From: Azolla caroliniana
Lineage: Eukaryota; Plantae; Polypodiophyta
Length of the DNA: 64,000 nucleotides
NCBI GenBank assembly: GCA_043228905.1
Contig: JBHGNT010000007.1
Coordinates: forward strand, 20,460,001 to 20,524,000
Direction: 5' to 3'
Made by a program: the position numbers and the translations under genes. Below, piece after piece: positions 39,101 to 52,619 of this stretch. Under the pieces are notes generated by a model, which ran no database searches, was not told the origin of the DNA, and worked only from the letters and a program-made list of their open reading frames with translations. Each line of letters begins with the position of its first letter. Within the stretch, counting starts at the first letter, position 1.

Positions 39101-42100
39101 TCGTAAAATACCGAGCTCCCTGGAGACGGTCAATTAGATCGTCAGCCCGGGGCAATGGATACGAATTCTTGATCGTCACTTTATTCAAGCGTCGGTAATT
39201 AATACACATACGCCATGTGCCCTCTTTCTTTTTAACCAAGAGAACTGGTGCACCCCATGGAGATTTACTATAACGTATATAACCCATTCGTAAATAGTCC
39301 TTGAGTTGCTTAGATACCTCATCTTCTTCGGATCGACTTAAGCGATACGGAGGTATACTTATTGGTGCAACACCAGGTACAATATCTATACGATGGTCTA
39401 TATTACGTTTAGGAGGTAACCCATCAGGTAGTTCACTTGGAAAAACATCATGAAAATCATTTATGATTTCATCAAGTTGTTGTTGTTCAAAATATGTTAA
39501 TTGAATCGGGACATTATCGATATTGTAAACGTGAATGTCCGGATCAAGTACACAATAAAATAACGTAGAACAAGACAACTCAGATATTGATGGACACGAG
39601 GAAACAATCGAGAGGGATTGTTTTTTTACACATTGAATAAAATGCGTACAATCGTTCAGTACAAAAGAAATGGAATGACGAACCCAATCAATAAATAAAG
39701 AAGAGTTTTTATTATAAAACCAGGGATAACCCAGTATTACATCGGTGGTACAAAGATTCATTACATGGAAGTCTACTTCCTCTATATAAGTATCAATAGA
39801 AATTCCTAATGAATGAATCGCCCCGTTGATGTATTGTACTCTTCCATCAGCCAAGTGCACCGTGTAGGTGTGATCACTTACGGTGGGTTGGATTCCCCAT
39901 ATCTGAACCAAACGATCATTCACAAAATTGTGTGAGCTTCCCGAATCAAATAAAAATTGTACGGGAGATCCATTGATATACCCGTTTGCACGTAGTAAAT
40001 CATTGGGACCCAATACATAGTGAGGGAAAGAACATTGACAATTACTTAAATGATGTGTATAGACCTGAAGGACATTAGGAATCTGACCTTTATGGTCTGC
40101 AGCTTTAGCTTTGTTGTCGTGCTCTTTCCGTTGGAGCTTTCGACATTGATCTTTTGTATGACCCTTCTTTTTGCAGAATACACAAAAAGGATGTTGTCGC
40201 TTACAATCGCGATCCAGGAATTCGTTGGGTGTCTTGCGTTTCCCAACAAATTGCAACTGCTTAGTCCCGGGCGCTTCGTTGGGTTTGTTATGGTCCTTCT
40301 TCGAAGTGCGTTGATAGCGAAGAACTATTTCAACGGCCTCTTCGAAGGATTTTGGATCCTTATCGTGCACTATCCAGTGATAGTCCGAATTGGGGATGCC
40401 ATTGACAAAACAAGCTATCAACCAATTGTCTCCTTCTAGACCCGATTTTTGGATTTGGGTTCTAGCATGGTGAACATAGTCTTCTAGCGAGGAAAATTTC
40501 CTGCTAGAGAGGTTCATTAAAGCTTGTGCTGCCTCGGTTCGAGAGGGAGGTTGCAGAAATTGGCCCTTAAAAACCGTGACAAAATCTGTCCAGGTATCGG
40601 GCAATTTCCCCATAGTACGGAGGCCACGCCACCAGGCGGCGGCCTTACCCCCGAGTTCTCGGCCGACATATGCAATCTTCGTACTATCTGGCGTGGGATA
40701 GAGCTCAAAATGAGACTCCCATCGTCCCAGCCATGTGCAGATTGCTTCTTCGGTTCTTTCCTTTTTGTCTCCCGTAAATGGCTTAACGACAAATGATGGT
40801 TCACCTTGTCGCTCATCAGGTCTATTAGTCTCACGTTGTAGACTAATGACACGCGCCTCAAGAGCACTCTGAGATTGCCGAAGTTCGGTCATCTGTTGAG
40901 CGGTGAAACTAAGGAATTGGGTTATTTGTGCCAAATACATCTCAGTGGACATTTGTCCAGGAGGATTCCCTTGAGTTCCTTCCGCTTGAGCGGATGACAT
41001 CGGGTCGTTAATTTGAGCCATTAAAGATTATTTCTGGAAAAGAAATAGGATAAGGTCAGAGATATAGTCATAACATCATGTCGTGATGTAAACATATCAT
41101 GGGCGAGCATTAATCGATATCATTATCTCACGTCAATACCCCTCTAGACGTATGAGATGAGGTTCAAGATCAGGTTACTATGGTAACACAAAGGTGTTTT
41201 AAAAACCATGGGGGTGACAAAAAAATGTCTTTCCCTGATCTCTATATCGATTTTTTCATGGTGGCTCCCCGAGGCTCAACCATGTATGTTCGCGTCATGA
41301 ATAGTTTATACACGAAAAAAAATGTTAACAATAAACTATGTTTCGGTGCCCACATAAGTGGTTTCGGCTCTTTAAGTCCTATTACGAGGACCCCGAGGTG
41401 CACTTAGACCTTAAGTCTAAACATGTGGTATAGTCATATGTATCAAGGATGTTGTATGGTCTTGGTCATATTTGAACTCGAGACCTCGAGAACAAATACA
41501 TTAAACACTTGAGCCAACCAAGTAAGTTGGTCTTCTCGAATGTTTAATGTTTGATGCGTATAAGAGATATGCGAGGCAATTGATCATATATGTTTTTTTA
41601 AAAGAACATATATGTCAAGGTCCTTATTTCGCCCTCATTTACCAAAACTATGTTGGTACGTTACCTAACCTCAAGTCTCGTAATTACGATGGCATACGCC
41701 AAAGTGCAACCTAATGGTCAAGCCAAATGAGCCCTCGTTTCGTAGTAGGCTCATGTGGGCCATCACATCATATCGTTATAGAAAATAGCCACAAATGATG
41801 TGATCGAGATACGTAATCGAGGTATATACCTCTACGCACACGAAACATCCACAAATAAGAGATCATCGTAATACGCAATGGAGGTATTGACCTCTTACGC
41901 ATACGAGACCAAACGCATATCGTTTACAACAAATCAAGGTATTAAACTCATACGCAAACGTAACATATGTTCGTGAACGTAATACGTAATTGAGGTATTA
42001 ACCTCGTACGCATACGACACTCATCACATATTATTAACATGTCAAACGAGGTATTGACCTCGTGCACATATGTAAACGTTTTAGATAATCAATTAAAGAC

Positions 42101-42771
42101 CACTACAACATCATTGACTTAATGAAAAAAATTACATATAAACTAAACACATGATTAGATGGGAGAAGAGAGAATAGAAAGAAAATTATGGAAAGAGTTA
42201 CCGAAGTTCTTTGTTGATCGTTGTCTGGATCAAGGCCAACCGCACAACGATCGATCAGCATCAATCAAAAGACAAATGAAAAACAAAGAAACATTAGTAC
42301 AAAAATCTGATACCAAATATTATAGATCATAGCACTAATGTAAGCTTAAGATAAGGATAAAGAATTGAAAGATAGAAAGGAGAAAGAGAAAGAAGGGTGC
42401 CGATCCACCCGACCACCCCCGAGCGAAGGGATCGAGACGGACTCGAGCCTCGATCGGCGTCCCATACCACCGCCGTGGCGTCGAGTCGTACCTGGTGCTG
42501 GCGCGCTCGCTACAAGAGTTGACCCACCACACGAGCAGAGTCTCGATGTAGTCAAAAGATGATCAAATGAGGGTAGCTAGGCCTCTTATTTATAGCGATA
42601 CCCAAGGCCCCCAGGCAAGTTCACACTTGACCTAATGGGTTGTCTCAATCCCGAGGATAAAAGTAATCCTCCCCTTCTTTACACTCTCATTTAACCCTCA
42701 CACTTATCCACGTGTATAGATTACTACGGTAAATTCTTACCACGGGATATTATATGGTCATGCTCGTAACA
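36148..42771 (-). mobile_element. Very young chromovirus (Ty3/Gypsy with chromodomain), full length
   Basis: 454-bp LTRs at 36148-36601 and 42318-42771, identical by eye; TSD CGGCC at 36143-36147 and 42772-42776; PBS TGGTATCAGAT at 42305-42315(-); PPT GGGGGAGTA next to 36602. Confidence 0.98.
36588..41021 (-). CDS. Gag-Pol polyprotein of the chromovirus, with one in-frame TGA at 37479-37481
   Basis: Zinc knuckle [14 protein letters not shown]; protease FDSGSSHNF; [19 protein letters not shown]; RNase H ETDASDY; integrase [21 protein letters not shown]; chromodomain PERILD..FKIKW..DATWE. The frame continues across the stop ([11 protein letters not shown]). Confidence 0.93.
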
Positions 42772-42950
42772 CGGCCACTACTCGGCCACTGTCCGACCGC
42801 TATCTGGCCGTCACTCGATCGTTGTCTGGCTGCTGTTGGCCACTCGTCATTGTTTGGCCACTCGACCGCTGTTCGGTCAATCACTGTTGTAGGCCACTGT
42901 TCGGCTGTTTTCTAGCTGTTGTTCGGCTACCACTCGACCGCTATTTGTTC

Positions 42951-43151
42951 AACTCTTGTAGTGAGCGCGCCAGCACCAGGTACGACTCGACACCACCATG
43001 GTGGTATGGGATGCCGATTGAGGCTCGAGTCCGTCTCGATCCCTTCGCTCGGGGGTGGTCGGGTGGATCGACACCCTTCTTTCTCTCTCTCCTTTCTATC
43101 TATCATTCTTTTATCCTTATCATATGCTTAGATTAGTTCATGTCTCTAATA
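42951..43151 (+). mobile_element. Partial LTR (U5 end) of the chromovirus family
   Basis: Reverse complement of 36148-36350 with mismatches; ends ..tctctaata. Confidence 0.88.
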
Positions 43152-45404
43152 TATGACCTTTCAGGTCTTCTTGGTCACAAAAATATTTCAGGACTCGTGG
43201 TCCGTAGTTACCACAAAGCGATTTCCATAAAGATAATGACGCCATGTTTTGAGTGCATGTATAACTGCAAATAACTCCTTTTCTTGAACGGTATACCGAC
43301 ATTGAGTAGAATCAAGTTTCTTACTCTTGAATGATATTGGTTTACCATCTTGATATAAGACAACACCTATAGCATAATCGCTTTCATCAGTTTCAACCTC
43401 AAAAGGTTTTGAAGGATCAGGTAAAAGAAGTGAAGGAGCCTTGCACACCAGGTCCTTGAGTTCCTTAAAGGCGAGGTCTAGTGTAGCATTCCAGACAATA
43501 GGTTTTGTAGACTTATGCGTTTGACCTTTTAGAAGATCAGTAAATGGCGTTGTCAATTGGGAGTAATTACGAAGGGATTTTCGCAAAAACCCGACAAAAC
43601 CAAGGAATGATCGAACTTCTTGAATATTCCTCTGAGTGGGCCAAAGCTTGATTTTCTCGATGCGAGAAGGATCAATTTTAACTCCTCGTTCATTTATGAG
43701 ATGTCCAAGATAAGTAATTGATTTCTTGAAGAACTCACATTTTGAGATCTTCACATAAAACTGTTTGTCACGCAATGTTTGTAAAACAAAGCGGACATGT
43801 TTAGCATGTTCTTGTAATGTACAACTATAAACTAAAATATCATCCAAGAAAATAACGACAAATTTTCCAAGTTGTTCTCGGAAAATGTCATTCATTTCTT
43901 GTTGAAATGTAGTCGGAGCATTGGTCAAACCAAAAGGCATAACCAAAAACTCATAATGGCCATAGCGCATACGAAATGCCGTTTTAGGAACATCGTCCTC
44001 ACTTATACCAATTTGATGGTAGCTAGTACGGAGATCAAGTTTCGTAAAATATCGAGCTCCTTGGAAACGGTCAATTAGATCATCTGCTTGGGGCAATGGA
44101 TACTAATTCTTGATTGTCACTTTAATCAAGCGTCGGTAATTAATACACATACGCCATGTGCCCTCTTTCTTTTTAACCAAGAGAATTGGTGCACCCCATG
44201 GAGATTTACTATAACATATATAACCCATTCGTAAATAGTCCTTGAGTTCCTAGATACCTCATCCTCTTCGGATCGACTTAAGCGATAAGGAGATATACTT
44301 ATTGGTGCAACTCTAGGTACAATATCTATACGATGGTCTATATTACGTTTAGGAGGTAACCCATCTAGTAGTTCACTCGGAAAAACATGACTAAAATCAT
44401 TTAAGATTTCATCAAGTGTTGTTGTTCAAAATATGTTAATTGAACTGAGACATTATCGATATTGTAAACGTGAATGTCCGGATCAAGTACACAATAAAAT
44501 AGAGTAGAATAAGACAACTCGGATATTGATGGAGAGTAGCAATGGGCCCGGTTCGGTTTTGGTGACTTGAAACCAAACCAAACCAAACCCTTTATATAAA
44601 ACCAAAACCAAACCAAACCGTTTATGAACATTCGAACATTTAAACCAAACCATTTAAACAAAGGTAAACTAAACCATTTAAACCAAACCGGTTAGGGAAA
44701 AGTTAAAACCAAACCGAACCATTTAATAAAAAGTTAAAACCTAACCACATTTAAGCCAAGCTAATTAAAAAATTAATTAAATAAAAATACACAAAATTAA
44801 ATAAGCATTTATGTTAAAATAAATAAATAAATAAATAAGATTAATTGAGCCATTAGATTAAATAAACAATTAAGTTAAGTGAATTAAACCAATGAAAATC
44901 ATTAATTAAACCATTAAATTACATAAACATTTAATGGATAAAAAAAGATAGCCCAAAAACGTATAAACCTATAAACCAAACCTATAAACCTATAAACCCT
45001 AGTTTCAAAACCAAACCAAACCGAAACCGAACCGTTTATTATTAATTAAAACCAAACCAAACCATTTAATTATTTTGGAACTTATAAACCTTTAAACCAT
45101 GGTTTAATAGTTCGGTTCAGTTTAAGCCGAAACCGAGCCCATTGCTAATGGAGAGAAAACAATCGAAAGAGATTGTTTTTTAACACATTGAATAAAATGA
45201 GTACAATTGTTCAGTACAAATGTAATTGAATGAAGAACCCAATGAATAGATAAAGAAGAGCTTTTATTATAGAACCAGGGATAACCCAGTATTACATCAG
45301 TGGTACAAAGATTCATTACATGGAAGTCTACTTCCTCTATATGAGTATCAATAGAAATTCCTAATGAATGAATCGCCCTATTGATGTATCGTACTCTTCC
45401 ATCA
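43152..45404 (-). mobile_element. Internal protease-RT-RNase H fragment of a decayed copy of the same chromovirus family
   Basis: ORF 43188-44096 is nearly identical to the RT/RH of the young copy; colinear with 38210-39848; interrupted by a MITE. Confidence 0.92.
44537..45147. mobile_element. hAT-type MITE (611 bp)
   Basis: TIRs TAGCAATGGGCCCGGTT and AACCGAGCCCATTGCTA; 8-bp TSD ATGGAGAG at 44529-44536 and 45148-45155; subterminal AAACC(A/G) repeats; AT-rich non-coding core. Confidence 0.93.
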
Positions 45405-48400
45405 CAATTTTATGCAAGGCTATTTGATGTTTTCGGGCAAAATCTCTATCTATGAAACAAGAATTGATTGGAGACGACAAGAAATTAGGTACCCTTCAAA
45501 AGGAAACATAGTAGTCAAGGGTCGGACCCATGATTGAGACAACCCATTAGGCCAAGTGTGAACTTGCCAGGGGGCCTTGGGTTTTGCTATAAATAAGAGG
45601 CCTAGCTACCCTCATTTCATCATCTTGTGGACTATGTCGAGACTCTGTTTCGTGGTGGATCAACTATTGTAGTGAGCGTGCCAGCACCAGGTACGACTCG
45701 ACGCCATGGCAGTGGTATGGGACGCCGATCGAGGCTCGAGTCCGTCTCAATCCCTTCACTCGGGGGTGGTCGAGTGGATCGATACCCTTCTTTCTCTCTC
45801 TCCTTTCTATCTAGATCTATATTTTATCCTTATTTTATGCTTACATTAGTTCATGTCTCTAATAGTTGGTATTAGAGCCTATGTTCTAATGTTTCTTTTG
45901 TTGTCTTTTGTTTTGTTGATTGATGGTGATCGATCGATGTGTGGTTGGCCTTAATCCAGACAACGATCAACAAAGGAACTTCGGTAACTCTTTCCTTATT
46001 TTTTTTTCTATTTTTTCTTCTCCCATCTAATCATCTGTATAGTCTATATGTAATTGTTTTCATTAATTTAATGATGTTGTAGTGGCAATTAATTGGTTGT
46101 ATAAAATGTTTACATATGTGTATATGTGTATGAGGTCAATACCTCATTTGACATATATTGAATATGTGATTAGTGTCGTATGCGCACGAGGTTAATACTT
46201 CAATTGTGTATTACGCTCACATACATATGTTACGTATGCGTTGAGGTCAATACCTCGATTTCATTGTAAATGATATGCGTTTGGTCTCGTATGCGTAAGA
46301 GGTCAATACCTGAATTGCGTATCACGATGAACCCTTATTTTTGGATGTTTCATGTGAGTAGAGGGTATATGCGTCGATTACGTATCTCGATTATATCATT
46401 TATGGCTATTTGATGTAACGATTTGTTTAATATACGCATATGTGGTCATGTGTATACGTATTTGATCGTATATATGTGATAATATACATATGTGTATATA
46501 AGTTATTATGTGATTTTAATATCAAATGTTTTCTTTTTCGGGGAAAGGATCTTGTAAAGAATAGCGTGCGGAAGCAAGTAGAAAACCGAACACAGAAACG
46601 CAGGTTTAATGGAGAGCTTGAATATACACAGTATGTGGGAGAGACAAAGAGAGAACACACTGAAACTTCATTTAAAATAATACTCAATCTGTACATAGGA
46701 TGTGCTTAGTGAGCACTTTTATACAAGCCCATATGAACTACACTAACTCCCAAAATATATTCCTACACGGAATATCTTCCCAACGGCCTCGCGGTTTACG
46801 CACCGATACGGCTTCTCGTTGCGTACCGGTCTGCTCACCGGTTTACACACCCGGTTTATGCACCGGTCCAGCCTAACTGATCGATGCCAACCGATCCGGT
46901 TCTCGGCTTGCACAACCAATCCAGCCAATGTTGAGCTTGTATCTCAAGACTACCCCTCAAGCTCAACTTGAGGTTCCATCCGCTCTTCCGGATCTACGCT
47001 CCGGTTCCTTTTGGCTTCACGCCTTACTCGCGCTCCTTGACCTGTTCGATTCCGCGCGCCTCGACCCTTCCGGTCGGCTTGTTTGCTCACCCGGCCTTCT
47101 CAGCTTCCTTGTTGTTGCGGTGTTGGCGCCTCTTCTGTTGCCTTCTCTTGCACTTGGCCCTTGGTTGATTCAGCGTATCCGAATCAAACATCTGAACCGA
47201 CTCGGCTTCCTCCGATTGGTTTTCGCTTTCATCAGAGTTGGCTGTCTCCAACTCGTCTTCGATCTTCTCGCCATTGATGGCTTCATCTCCCCCACGATTG
47301 GTTGTCTTAGGCTCTTTCTTTTGATTGCTCCCCTTATGTCTGCTTTCGGAATCTTCTGTGGATCTACTCTTGGCTTTTTCAGCCGATCCGAAATTGAATT
47401 TGTCATCCGGCTCGGCGTTGCGGTCTTTCGGAACTTCTCTCCCCCTTCCGTGGTCATTCAGAACGTCTCTCCCCCTCAAGTTCGGCACGTCGAGGTGATG
47501 CAACCCAAGCGCACCCAAGAATTGCCGCAACTTGTCCAGACCAATAGGCTTGGTGAGGACGTCGGCTGTCTGTCGATCCGTTAGAACATACTGAAGTTCG
47601 ACTTCATCGGAGAGTACACTCTCACGGACAAAATGGTAGTGCACCTCAATATGCTTAGTCCGACCATGGAAGACGAGGTTCTTTGCTAGCTAGATGCTGT
47701 TGAGTTCGCAATAGATTGTAGTTGGATCGGATACCTCCACCTGCAGATCCTTAAGTAGCCGCTTCAACCATATGGCTTCGCATGTCATGACAACCGCTCC
47801 TCTATACTCGGCTTTGGTGCTCGACAACGCAACTGTCGGCTGCTTTTTGCTACTCCATGCGATCGCGGCACTCCCAAGAGAGAATGCGAAACTGGACGTG
47901 GATCAGTGATCGGCGACGTTGCCGGCCCAGTCGGCATTGGTGTAGCCGACCAACCACAGGGTTGTTCCGGTCCAATATAGTAGCCCCCGGTACTTAGTGC
48001 CGCTTACCTACCGCAGTATGCGTTGCGCACACTGAAGATGCTCGTCGGTAGGTCGCACCATGAACTGACTAATTACTCCGACAGGGTAATTGAGGTCGGG
48101 TCGGGTGATTGTCAAGTATATAAGGCTTCTGACTATCTAACGGAACCTCGTCGGGTCGCATACCTTTCTGGAATTGTGGCTAAGCTTGATGGTTCTATCC
48201 AGAGGAGTCGAGACGGACTTAGAATCGGCCATCCCGAATTTGAAGAGCATACTCAGCACGTAATGCCCTTGGCTGATCAGTATGCCTTCGGGGGTGCGGA
48301 TCACTTTGATCCCGAGGAAGTAATGAAGGTCCCCCAGATCCTTCATGTCAAATGATGCCGCAAGCTGGAGCTTCATGCAGTCAGTCTCACTTAGGTCAGC

Positions 48401-49229
48401 GCCGGTGATGACCAAGTCATCAACATAAAGTAAAATACTAACCGGCCCGAGTCGACCTTTCCGAACAAACAGTGAGGAGTACGATTTTGACGTCGCGAAG
48501 CCCATCCGATGCAATTGTTGCGTGATCTTCGCGTTCCAGGCACGCGGGGCTTGCTTTAGTCCGTAAAGGGACTTCTTCAACCAGCACACCGTCGAGGTGT
48601 TCGTTCCAGAGTGAAATCCGGGGGGCTGTACCATGTACACCTGTTCCTCAAGCTCACCTTGCAGGAACACATGCTTTACATCCATCTGATGTAAATGCCA
48701 CCCCTTTGCTGTAGCTACTGCAAGCAAAACACGGACAGTCGTTTTCTTCGCGACCGGTGCAAACGTCTCATCGTAGTCGATGTCGTGTTGCTGCGCGTAA
48801 CCTTTTGCTACTAACCGGGCCTTGTATTGGTTGACCGAGCCGTCAATATTGTACCTGACCTTGTACACCCATCTACATCCGATTGGCTTCACACCTTTCG
48901 GTGTGTCAACTAGGTCCCAAGTTTCATTTTCCGCCAATGCGCGCATTCTTCCTCCATCACTTCACACCAATTTGCATCTTTCGCCACTTTTGCGTAGCTC
49001 TCCGGCTCACGCACTTCCTCCACTCGTGTCATGTACGCATAGTGATGCGCCATGTACTCGTTGTAACCGAACCGCACAACAGGGTTCTTCTGGCGGGTAG
49101 ATCGGTGTAATTGCTCATTGGCCGATGTTGAGGCTTTCTTGGCCGACGCGGACTTCGCTCTTGAAGACCCGTCATCAACTCCCTCGGAGTCGGACTCGTG
49201 TTGATCTGACTCATTCCTATCCGTGCCAT

Positions 49230-50134
49230 TGTTGTGAAGATTTTCGGCGATAGTGTGGAAATTTTAAGGAACATTCGAAATCGAGTATGGCTCTTCTCAC
49301 GAGAAAAAGAAAACAATAATAGTGAAGATAATATTTTGAATAAGTTTAATATCTAGGTACAAAAAGATGGAAGTCTTCAAGAGCTTTCAAATGTGCTTTA
49401 CCACATAAAAAATGGACATCTAACTGACAAGTTATGTGGGAGTGAAGTATGAGAAGGAAGAAGAGAAATAAATAAATAAATAAATATATGTACACATATA
49501 TATATATACACAAGGAGTGCAAGTGTGGATTTGAACCTTGCACCTCTACGTTGAGAGTCTATAGGCTTACCACTAAACCAAGACATTTTCATGAAATAAT
49601 ATTTTTGTCATTATTGTTTTACATGTAAATTCTCATACATGAGACCTTAAATGAGTAACGTGATTATCATGCACCACATGTAATACATGAGCGCCAAATG
49701 GCAAACATGCATTTTATGCATGTCTTGTACCCTCAAATGAATGAGGGCATCTATAAAAGAGGGGGGGGAAAAGATGAAAGGACTAATGTAAAATTTTTGG
49801 ATGATCAAATAAGAAACTTGTAATCAATTGATGATATATCTTATTCTTCAAATTTAAAGTCAAGAGTTCAATCTTAATCTCTCTCTCTTTCAATCTATCT
49901 TAAATACTTTCTCGCTAAAGCTTGTGCAGCTTCGAAACCTTTCGGTCCAGAACCCCGACGGTTCCGCCTCACAATCCGCGCATAGTGACGGATTTTCTTC
50001 AATCTCAATCTCTCTCTCTTTCAATCTATCTTAAATACTTTCTTGCTAAAGCTTGTGCAACTTCGAAACCTTCCGGTCCAGAACCCCCGCGGTTCTGCCT
50101 CACGATCCGCGCGTAGTGACGGATCTTCACGAAA
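49230..50134 (+). mobile_element. Solo-LTR-like insert with 4-bp TSD and antisense tRNA-like cassette
   Basis: Termini TGTTGTGAAGAT..ATCTTCACGAAA; flanks CCAT/CCGT; removal restores the host Copia frame SDYGTDRNE; TATA ctataaaa near 49751; ~130 bp tandem duplication at 49867-50127. Confidence 0.8.
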
Positions 50135-51787
50135 CCGTAATCCGACACCTTCTTCTTCCCTTTTTCCTTGCGCGTAAGCCGTCTCCTCGGCTTCCTGCAT
50201 GGGGAATGCACGGCCGAGTCTCCACTACTCGCCGGCTCTTCATCGGACTGGTCGATCTGACTCAGTCGTCCATTCAGTCCGCTTAACCAATACGAAATCG
50301 GACTCTCTTCGCAGGTCCCGATTTCAGACTCATCCGGAGGCATCTCGGCCTCCAGTAGAACTTGGGCAAGCTCTTCTCCTCCAACATTGCCCACGCCGCT
50401 TCCACAACCAACCGATTTTTCCTTTCGGCCACGCCGTTTTTCTTCGGCGTATATTTGCAATTGAATTCACGTCGAATTCCCATCTGTTGTAGATACCCGT
50501 TGAATTGACAGGAAAAGTACTCTTTTCCACCATCCGACCGCATGCACTTGATCTTTCTTCCTGTTTCCCTTTTGAAGAAACTCTTGAGGTCCCGAAAACA
50601 GTTGAAGACTTCACTCTTCTTCTCAATGAGGTAGATCCATGTGTGCCGCGTATAGTCGTCAATGAAGGAGACGAAATATCAACTCCCGCCAAGATTAACG
50701 TTCTGTGCCGGCCCCCATACATCGAAATGTATCAAGTTGAGCTTGTCCCGGCTCCAATTATGCTCGTTAGGGAACGGAAGTCAGTGTTGCTTCCCTAGCT
50801 AGCAAACTTCACAAATTTGTGCCTTCCGACCACTAAATTTGGGCAATCCGAACACAACTTGTTTTGATTGCAGGTCCTAAAGCCGTTGATAGTTAACATG
50901 GCCTATCCGCTTGTGCCATAAGTCGATATCCGACTCGACTTTTTTTCCTTTCGCGAACATTGCGGTGCCACCATCATTGGATTCGAGGATAAACATCCTC
51001 CCGTCTCTGTGCCCTTGCGCAATAACTCGAGATGCGTGAACTGGACTTGCATCCCCTGGTCGATGATCTGCCCGACTGACACCAGATTCTTCGTGATTGT
51101 CGGGACGTCTAACACGTTCATGAGTTTCCCTTTCTGCTTGACATAGCTCAGAGGAACTTCACCGACATTCACGATCGGATGCGGAGTGTCATCTCTGAGT
51201 TGCGACTACTCCCGGTTGCATCGGTTTCTCAAGGTATGAGAACCACTCCTTGTGACACGTCATGTGGTTTGACGCGCCGGAGTCGACATACCACACCTCA
51301 TCCGACTTCGGGTGATCTTCTTCATCGAGTTTGCTTCGTGTTTCATCACGAAGGCTGACCCTTTTCCGGCTTTTCCGGATCCTTCGGCGTAGTGCGATCG
51401 TTGTCGATTGCCCTTGTTGGTTTGTCAGGAACTTGATCCGGATCCGGTCCTCTCCAAATCGGCACGCTTCTTCCAGCATTCGCCCTCCTTGTGGCCTTTC
51501 TTGCCATAGTACCAACATTCTACGACGGATTTCCCTTGTCGGTTCTCGTCGCCTCGAATCCCCCTGTTTCCGGAGGGTTTGGAATTGTTGTCGGCATCAC
51601 TTCGGTGCCTTCTTCCTTGATCCCGTCGGCCGCCTCCATTGCGCACCGACTCGCCTGGTCCCCGACGATCACGGGACCTATCTCCCTCCGTGTACAACAT
51701 CTTGCTGTCGTCATGCATGCTCGTCAAAGCATCCGCGTGGTTCTCCTCTATAAGGATCATCGACTGTAGGTTGAAAAACGACGACGT

Positions 51788-52619
51788 TATCGTAGTGTAT
51801 TTCGTACACTACATGAAAAACTTATAAAGTAACGTTTTAGTAAATATGAAGAAATAGAAGAAAATCTCAAAATAAATAATACATGCATAGAGCAAGATTC
51901 GAACCTTGCACCTCCATGTTAATAATGTAATATCTTACCATTACACTAGCATTTCATTCGTGTTAAAAAGTAGATGTCCCACATAAAAAAAGGGAAGTTC
52001 ATGTAGGATAAACTTTAGTTAAAAGAAAAACACATGCTAAAAGAAAAAGCTATGCATGCACATCTAGCGTGCATGAACGCTATAGTTGATAAAAAACGCA
52101 CAAGTTAGAAAAAGCATAATCACTTTAGATAAAGCATATAGTCTATCTATAGGAAAAGCATGGAGTCTATAGTTAGAGAAAAAAAAGCATGGATTCCTAA
52201 GACTCCCTCATCACTACATAAGGATGGGGAGCACAATGTAATAGGGGGTGTGAAAAATATTTGGGAAATTGGATATATTTCCTAAAACACCAATTAATAT
52301 AATCGTGGGATTCACGAAGTTTTATATAATCTATCTCTTTAAATCTAAATTCATATTCTTATATAAATATTGATTAATGTAATACTTGTGGGATTCACAA
52401 GGTTTGATCTCTTTTCTATTTCTACTCTAAACTATTCTAAACTATTTCAATTTATTACTATGATTGAGACAAACTAAAACAACTCTACTTGTGGGATTCA
52501 CAAGCTTCTAATAATCTATACATAATTAAAATCGCCTCAAATTCTTCCTCTTCCTAGTCCATAACCCCAGTGGTTCCCACCCGACTCACGCAAACGATCC
52601 GGAGCCGAAAGGCATGACA
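51788..52619 (+). mobile_element. Solo-LTR-like insert with 4-bp TSD and antisense tRNA-like cassette
   Basis: Termini TATCGT..ATGACA; TSD ACGT at 51784-51787 and 52620-52623; removal restores host gag RKNTSSFFNLQS; TATA-like ctacataagg near 52214; three gtgggattcac repeats. Confidence 0.82.

Noticed and set aside
49516-49586. Functional tRNA genes (also 446-506, 51884-51951, 57158-57224)
   Set aside because: Acceptor and anticodon stems pair poorly and all lie in repeat-derived DNA; reported only as tRNA-like cassettes.
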